A stretch of 64,000 nucleotides of DNA, from NCBI GenBank assembly GCA_963977015.1, contig CAXBMO010000001.1, forward strand, positions 32,001-96,000, in the 5' to 3' direction. Position 1 is the stretch's first letter. Every line of letters starts with the position of its first letter. The translations under genes and the position numbers were made by a program. The notes below the pieces were generated by a model. The model did not search any database. It was given only the letters and a program-made list of their open reading frames with translations, and was not told the origin of the DNA. Source of the stretch: an uncultured bacterium (lineage in GTDB: Bacteria > Verrucomicrobiota > Verrucomicrobiia > Verrucomicrobiales > DEV007). Shown here in pieces: positions 59,219 through 64,000 of the stretch.

Positions 59219-59407
59219 ATGATGATTCCCGATATTTTCGTTCCAACGCTGAGTGGCGCACTCATTTTGGCATTTCTGGGATTTGCGATTGGAGCCTTCG
59301 TCGGATGGATTCTTTGGCGGCGAAATTTGGCAGAATCTCGTGATCTGATCGAAAGCCTTCGAATGCTCAAAGAAGAAGTAACGCTCCTTCGCAAAGGGGA
59401 TTCCTAA
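59219..59407 (+). CDS. Small single-pass membrane protein
   Basis: 62 aa: one long TM helix (ILAFLGFAIGAFVGWILW) plus a short coiled coil; tightly packed in the operon. Confidence 0.7.
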   Translation: MMIPDIFVPTLSGALILAFLGFAIGAFVGWILWRRNLAESRDLIESLRMLKEEVTLLRKGDS

Positions 59408-59425
59408 ACTAAGAACCAACTCTCC

Positions 59426-61009
59426 TTGAACCCGGATATAGTCATCTTTTTGCTGAAATCTTACGGTCTTTGGACCTGGGGGTTTCTCGGTGTCTCGATG
59501 CTACTGGGGGTGATGTTTGCGAGCGATCGTTGGAATTACACGTCGCGTCGCCTTGCAAAGCTTCAGGATCAACGTTCGAAATTGGAGCAGGAACTTCGCG
59601 AACTCCGGCAGAAACAGGACTGGGCGACGGACGTTCCCTCCGCAGGGCAAGGCGCTGGCGATCTGATTGTCGAGGATCAGGATTTGGTTCCGCCGAAAAA
59701 CGGCGGTGCTGCTGCCGTGATCCTTGAGTCCGATACCGGCAATGTTGATCACCGCGCCGTGATCGAGAAGTATTTTTCCAACGAGTCCGTCGAGGTTGAT
59801 CCCGATTTCGGAATTCTCTACACGAGTGTTCCCAACGTCATCGATCCATTGCGGCTGGTTCGAGGAGTTGGACCGCGGGTGGAGTACAGTCTGAATGAAT
59901 TGGGGGTTTTTCGGTTCAAGCAGATCGCCAATTGGTCTGACGGGAATGTGGCAGCCTTTGCCCGATCGCTTCCCCAAGGCCACGTCAACATCAAGCGCGA
60001 TAAATGGCCCCGGCAATCTCATTCACTTTGGCAGATGGTTGCGGGCAGTGCAGAGCCGGCTGAGGAAGTCGACTATGAATCCAAAATTTTGAGCGAGTTT
60101 CGCGGCGAGGCGGTGACGGCGGATCCAAATCTTGGAGTTGTCTACACGGGGATCATGACGGTTCCCGACTCATTGCAACGGATTGAAGGGATTGACGCCG
60201 TCATGGCTGAAGCGTTGGGAAATCTCGGGATTCACCGCTTCGCCCAGGTTTCAACCTGGTCTCGTCGCAGCATGGAGCAGATTGCTGGTCGGCTCTCGAT
60301 TTCGCCGCAACAGATCGTTGATCAACGATGGATTCCGCAGTCTCGACTGCTGGAATGGGAACGCCAGACCGCAAGCCCAGAGTGGGGGACCACCAAACCG
60401 ACCATGACGGATTATGCGGCGAAAGCATCCCGGGATTACGAGGGGGAACCATTGGGACTGAGCATCAGCATGGGGATTATCTACAAGACGGCCCCTGCAA
60501 TCGTGGATGATCTGACCGAGATCTTTGGAATCGATCAATCGACTGCCCAAAAACTGAATGGCGAAGGCGTTTGGAAGTATCAGCAGATCGCCGATTGGTC
60601 GGATGCGAACGTGAAGGCTTTTGCCTCTCGACTGGGGGTAACTCGCGACATGATTCTGGGCCAGCGTTGGATTCCACAGGCCGAGCGCTTTGCGGCGACG
60701 GCGCGGAAAAGAGCCGCCTTTGCCGGCGAAAGCTTTCGAACCGATCCCAAGCTGGGCATCGTCTACTACATGGAGCCGCCCAATGCGGATGACTTGTCCA
60801 GAATCAAGGGAATGACACCCGAATTGGCAGCTGTGCTCAATCGAGAAGGAGTCTTCACCTACAAACAAATTGCACTTTGGGAGCCTTCAAATCTGGAGGT
60901 GTTTGCCGGTCGCGCGGGTGTTGATCTTGGTGGAATTCTCCGGGATGGCTGGATTCATCAATCCCAGCAACTCCATCTTGAGAAGTATGGAGTCGAAATG
61001 AAGGGCTGA
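59426..61009 (+). CDS. Membrane-anchored protein with four helix-hairpin-helix (DUF4332/NuoE C-terminal-like) repeats
   Basis: TTG start, TM helix plus coiled coil, four copies of G..Y...D.L..I.G....L...G...F/Y.QIA.W...W..Q. Confidence 0.8.
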   Translation: MNPDIVIFLLKSYGLWTWGFLGVSMLLGVMFASDRWNYTSRRLAKLQDQRSKLEQELRELRQKQDWATDVPSAGQGAGDLIVEDQDLVPPKNGGAAAVILESDTGNVDHRAVIEKYFSNESVEVDPDFGILYTSVPNVIDPLRLVRGVGPRVEYSLNELGVFRFKQIANWSDGNVAAFARSLPQGHVNIKRDKWPRQSHSLWQMVAGSAEPAEEVDYESKILSEFRGEAVTADPNLGVVYTGIMTVPDSLQRIEGIDAVMAEALGNLGIHRFAQVSTWSRRSMEQIAGRLSISPQQIVDQRWIPQSRLLEWERQTASPEWGTTKPTMTDYAAKASRDYEGEPLGLSISMGIIYKTAPAIVDDLTEIFGIDQSTAQKLNGEGVWKYQQIADWSDANVKAFASRLGVTRDMILGQRWIPQAERFAATARKRAAFAGESFRTDPKLGIVYYMEPPNADDLSRIKGMTPELAAVLNREGVFTYKQIALWEPSNLEVFAGRAGVDLGGILRDGWIHQSQQLHLEKYGVEMKG

Positions 61010-61053
61010 TTCCCGATTGACCATGGAGCAACTCTTCGCTTTCATGGTCCCGT

Positions 61054-62085
61054 ATGAAAAAACTTAACGTCGGGATCGCTGGTTATGGCTGGGCGGCCAC
61101 TGCCCATATTGGCGCCATTCAAAACACGAGATTGGGTCAGGTTGGGGCCATCTATTCGTCCCGAGCGGCCGAACTCGATGTTTCCGAACACGGGAAAGAC
61201 GTTAAGCTCTACTCGAGCTTCGACGAAATGGTTGCCGACCCGGACCTCGATGTCATCGATATCACGAGCTACCCGAATCAGCACAAAGAGCAGGCCATCA
61301 AGGTGGCGGAAGCCGGTAAACACCTCATTATCGAGAAGCCGTTGGCCCTGAGCCTCGAAGATTGCCGTGCGATTCGCGACGCGGTGGCGCAGGCTGGAGT
61401 TAAGAGCTGCGTTTGCTTCGAATGCCGCTATTCCGGCCAATTTGTCACTACAAAGAAACTCATCGACGATGGCGTTCTGGGAAGCGTCCACTACGGCGAG
61501 ATTGACTATTATCATGGCGTTGGCCCGTGGTATGGGCAGTTTCGCTGGAATGTGAAAAAGGAGAATGGAGGAAGTTCTCTGCTCTCAGCAGGATGCCATG
61601 CACTTGATGCGTTGCTGCTTTGTATGGATGGTGAGGTGGAAAGTGTTACGAGCTATGCCACGGGCTCCAAAAACGAGATCTTCAGCCAATACGAGTATCC
61701 CACAACCAGCGTTCAGATTCTGAAATTTGCAGACGGTCGAATTGGAAAATGCGCTTCGGTCATCGATTGCCTTCAGCCTTACTATTTTCATACCCATTTG
61801 GTGGGCAGTGAAGGAAGCCTTTTGGATGACAAGTTCCATTCCAACAAGTTTGGCGCCTTGAAGAAGGACGGTTGGAGCAAGTTAAATATGGCGTTGATGG
61901 ATTCAGGCGATGTTGCGGATCATCCTTACCAGGTTCAGTTTGATGCCTTTTTTGATGCGTTGGAGCAGGGGCAGTCGATGCCGCTGACGAGCCTGGAGGA
62001 AGCCTACAAATCGTTCGAAGTCATCTTTGCGTGCGACAAGTCGGCCAATGAAGGGCGCGAGGTGAAGTTGAGTGAACTTCGATAG
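61054..62085 (+). CDS. Gfo/Idh/MocA family oxidoreductase
   Basis: GYGWAA, AGKHLIIEKP, GCHALD. Confidence 0.92.
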   Translation: MKKLNVGIAGYGWAATAHIGAIQNTRLGQVGAIYSSRAAELDVSEHGKDVKLYSSFDEMVADPDLDVIDITSYPNQHKEQAIKVAEAGKHLIIEKPLALSLEDCRAIRDAVAQAGVKSCVCFECRYSGQFVTTKKLIDDGVLGSVHYGEIDYYHGVGPWYGQFRWNVKKENGGSSLLSAGCHALDALLLCMDGEVESVTSYATGSKNEIFSQYEYPTTSVQILKFADGRIGKCASVIDCLQPYYFHTHLVGSEGSLLDDKFHSNKFGALKKDGWSKLNMALMDSGDVADHPYQVQFDAFFDALEQGQSMPLTSLEEAYKSFEVIFACDKSANEGREVKLSELR

Positions 62086-62106
62086 TTCAAGGCCGAAAAC
62101 TATCTT

Positions 62107-63216
62107 ATGAGCCCCGAAACATTTTGCCGGTGGGGCATTCTCAGCACTGCTGGAATTGCCCGCAAAAATTGGCAGGCAATCCATAATTCTGGAAATGGTC
62201 AAATTGTTGCAGTTGCGAGCCGCGATGCTGGAAAAGCTGCGCAATTTATTACGGAATGCCAAGCCGAGGCACCATTTTCGCCTCCACCAGAGGCCGTTGC
62301 TGGTTACGAGGGCCTGCTTGCTCGCAATGACATTGACGCGGTCTACATTCCACTTCCGACCGGGCTCCGCAAAGAATGGGTAATCAAGGCAGCCCAGGCC
62401 GGGAAACATGTTCTGTGTGAGAAGCCCTGCGCAATCAACGCCGCGGATCTTCGCGAAATGGTCGAAGCCTGCAGGGCCAACAACGTGCAATTCATGGACG
62501 GCATCATGTACATGCACAGCAAGCGGATGGATGCCTTGCGCGAGGTGATTGACGATGGGCAGAGCATCGGTGAAATCCGCCGAATCACGACCCAGTTCAG
62601 CTTCTGTGCGCCTCAGGATTTCCTGGCGGAAAATATTCGGTTAAACAGTTCCCTGGAGCCTGCCGGTTGCCTGGGGGACTTGGGATGGTACACCATCCGG
62701 TTCATCCTTTGGACTTTGAACTACGAGATGCCAAACAGCGTATCGGCACGCCTCATCTCAGGCGCCGGTCGGAGCGACAGCCCCGACAAAGTTCCAACGC
62801 AATTCAGCGCGGAACTGTTCTTTGGTAACGATGTAACCGCCAGTTTCTTTAATTCGTTTCGAACCGAGCATCAGCAATGGGCCAACGTCAGTGGCTCAAA
62901 GGGGCATCTAACGGTGAATGACTTTGTCTTGCCGTATTGCGGCAATGAACTGGATTTCACGGTCTCCAATGCCCATTTCGATGTCCGAAACACCCAGTTT
63001 GTGATGGAGCGCCATGACCGCAGGATTGCGGTTTCAGAGTATTCGAACAATCACCCGACCGCTCAAGAGACGAACCTCTTTCGCCGATTTGGCGAACTGG
63101 TGATTGGTGGTCAACCCGATGAACACTGGGCGGAAATTGCCCTCAAGACGCAACGGGTGCTCGACATCTGCCTTGAATCCGCACGAGCCAGCGGTGAGGA
63201 GCTTCCTTTAGATTGA
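62107..63216 (+). CDS. Gfo/Idh/MocA family oxidoreductase
   Basis: WGILSTAGIA, DAVYIPLP, AGKHVLCEKP, GCLGDLGWY. Confidence 0.92.
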   Translation: MSPETFCRWGILSTAGIARKNWQAIHNSGNGQIVAVASRDAGKAAQFITECQAEAPFSPPPEAVAGYEGLLARNDIDAVYIPLPTGLRKEWVIKAAQAGKHVLCEKPCAINAADLREMVEACRANNVQFMDGIMYMHSKRMDALREVIDDGQSIGEIRRITTQFSFCAPQDFLAENIRLNSSLEPAGCLGDLGWYTIRFILWTLNYEMPNSVSARLISGAGRSDSPDKVPTQFSAELFFGNDVTASFFNSFRTEHQQWANVSGSKGHLTVNDFVLPYCGNELDFTVSNAHFDVRNTQFVMERHDRRIAVSEYSNNHPTAQETNLFRRFGELVIGGQPDEHWAEIALKTQRVLDICLESARASGEELPLD

Positions 63217-63444
63217 TTCAATGGGCTGACCTTCGCCCCGGATTGGGCGCACCGAAGGAGAAGTCCATCTCAAATTGGCGAGTGGAAGCTTGATCTGCAA
63301 TCAAGTCACTGGCGCCCTCATTTGGCTACCAAATTGCGGGGTCTTGTTCTCCTGATCGTTTCCCTGAAGCAGGGACGAACAGCAGGGACGAACAGAAAAG
63401 TGGGTTGGCTCAATCTCGCCATCGCTCGAGCGCCCCTCGCGGAG

Positions 63445-63487
63445 AAAAGAAAAACGGGGTGACAGATCAAAGATCCATCACCCCGTT
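63445..63487 (-). terminator. Intrinsic terminator of the outer-membrane barrel gene
   Basis: AACGGGGTGA...TCACCCCGTT stem preceded on + by an A-run, which is the U-tail on the minus strand. Confidence 0.75.
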
Positions 63488-63521
63488 GGAAAAGAATTAA
63501 ATCTTTAGAATCAGCAGTGTC

Positions 63522-64000
63522 TTAGAAAGAAACCGTGACGCTTGCACCACCGTGCACGTCGTCATCTTCACCTGCGTCAGACAAGTCCTCGAGAGGGAAG
63601 TTGCCACCGACGTAGATGTCGAACGTTGCTGCTTCCGTCATGGACCAGCTAAGGCCAGCGGTAGCGAATGCGTGGTTGAAGCTGCTAACACCGTAGTAGT
63701 CATCGCCGTAGCCAATGCCTGCTCCGAGTCCAAGCTCAAGACAATCGGTAAGAGGAATGCCTTTGCTTGCGCTCAGCTCGTAATACCAGCCAGCGGTGGT
63801 TTCGTCATAGACGACCAATGCGCCCAAGTCGAAGATGTCACCAACGGAGTAACCGAGGCTAAGAGCACCTTCCAGTGCTTCAGTATCAGCTTCTGCGAAG
63901 TAGAACCAAGTAGCACCAATGCCTGCGTCGAAAATCCACAATGGGAAGTTCAAGAATGCATAGACGTCCAACTCATCAAAGTTAGCTGGATCTTGAGTTG
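63522..64000 (-). CDS. Outer-membrane beta-barrel protein (TorF/TIGR02001-like), 5'-truncated by the window
   Basis: Frame open to the window edge; ELDVY motif, alternating aromatic beta strands, terminal Phe. Confidence 0.7.
   Translation of the reverse strand, partial: TQDPANFDELDVYAFLNFPLWIFDAGIGATWFYFAEADTEALEGALSLGYSVGDIFDLGALVVYDETTAGWYYELSASKGIPLTDCLELGLGAGIGYGDDYYGVSSFNHAFATAGLSWSMTEAATFDIYVGGNFPLEDLSDAGEDDDVHGGASVTVSF

Overview
This is a gene-dense bacterial chromosomal window of moderately high GC. It is most likely Verrucomicrobiota, inferred from the style of SecE/RpoB/RpoC, the PQQ-like propellers, the ECF/anti-sigma pair and A/C-rich leaders lacking Shine-Dalgarno (SD) sequences. 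About 1-42 kb holds mixed housekeeping and accessory genes: lysC, beta-carbonic anhydrase, orphan selA, degP, carA, a two-gene partner-switch module, dgt, sufE, pepP, thiE, gcvT, an amidase and ymdB. The core cluster tRNA-Thr, tuf, tRNA-Trp, secE, nusG, rplKAJL, rpoBC occupies 42.4-55.8 kb. The stretch at 56-61 kb has an ECF sigma/anti-sigma pair divergent from a BON-OmpA, small membrane protein, 4x helix-hairpin-helix (HhH) operon. I found no CRISPR, rRNA, transposase or prophage. The most interesting signals are: (1) the 57.6-58.0 kb spacer, with two near-identical ~30-bp motifs pointing in opposite directions, one at the ECF sigma gene and one at a ~170-nt terminated non-coding unit next to an arfABC-like operon; (2) a sharp local C-rich to G-rich skew inversion centred on an AT-rich element at ~24.1 kb, independent of gene orientation; (3) a secreted lysozyme-fold protein with a possible partner; (4) several proteins with altered catalytic or metal-binding residues; (5) two highly structured spacers between convergent genes. 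All family calls come from motif recognition by eye; no searches were run.
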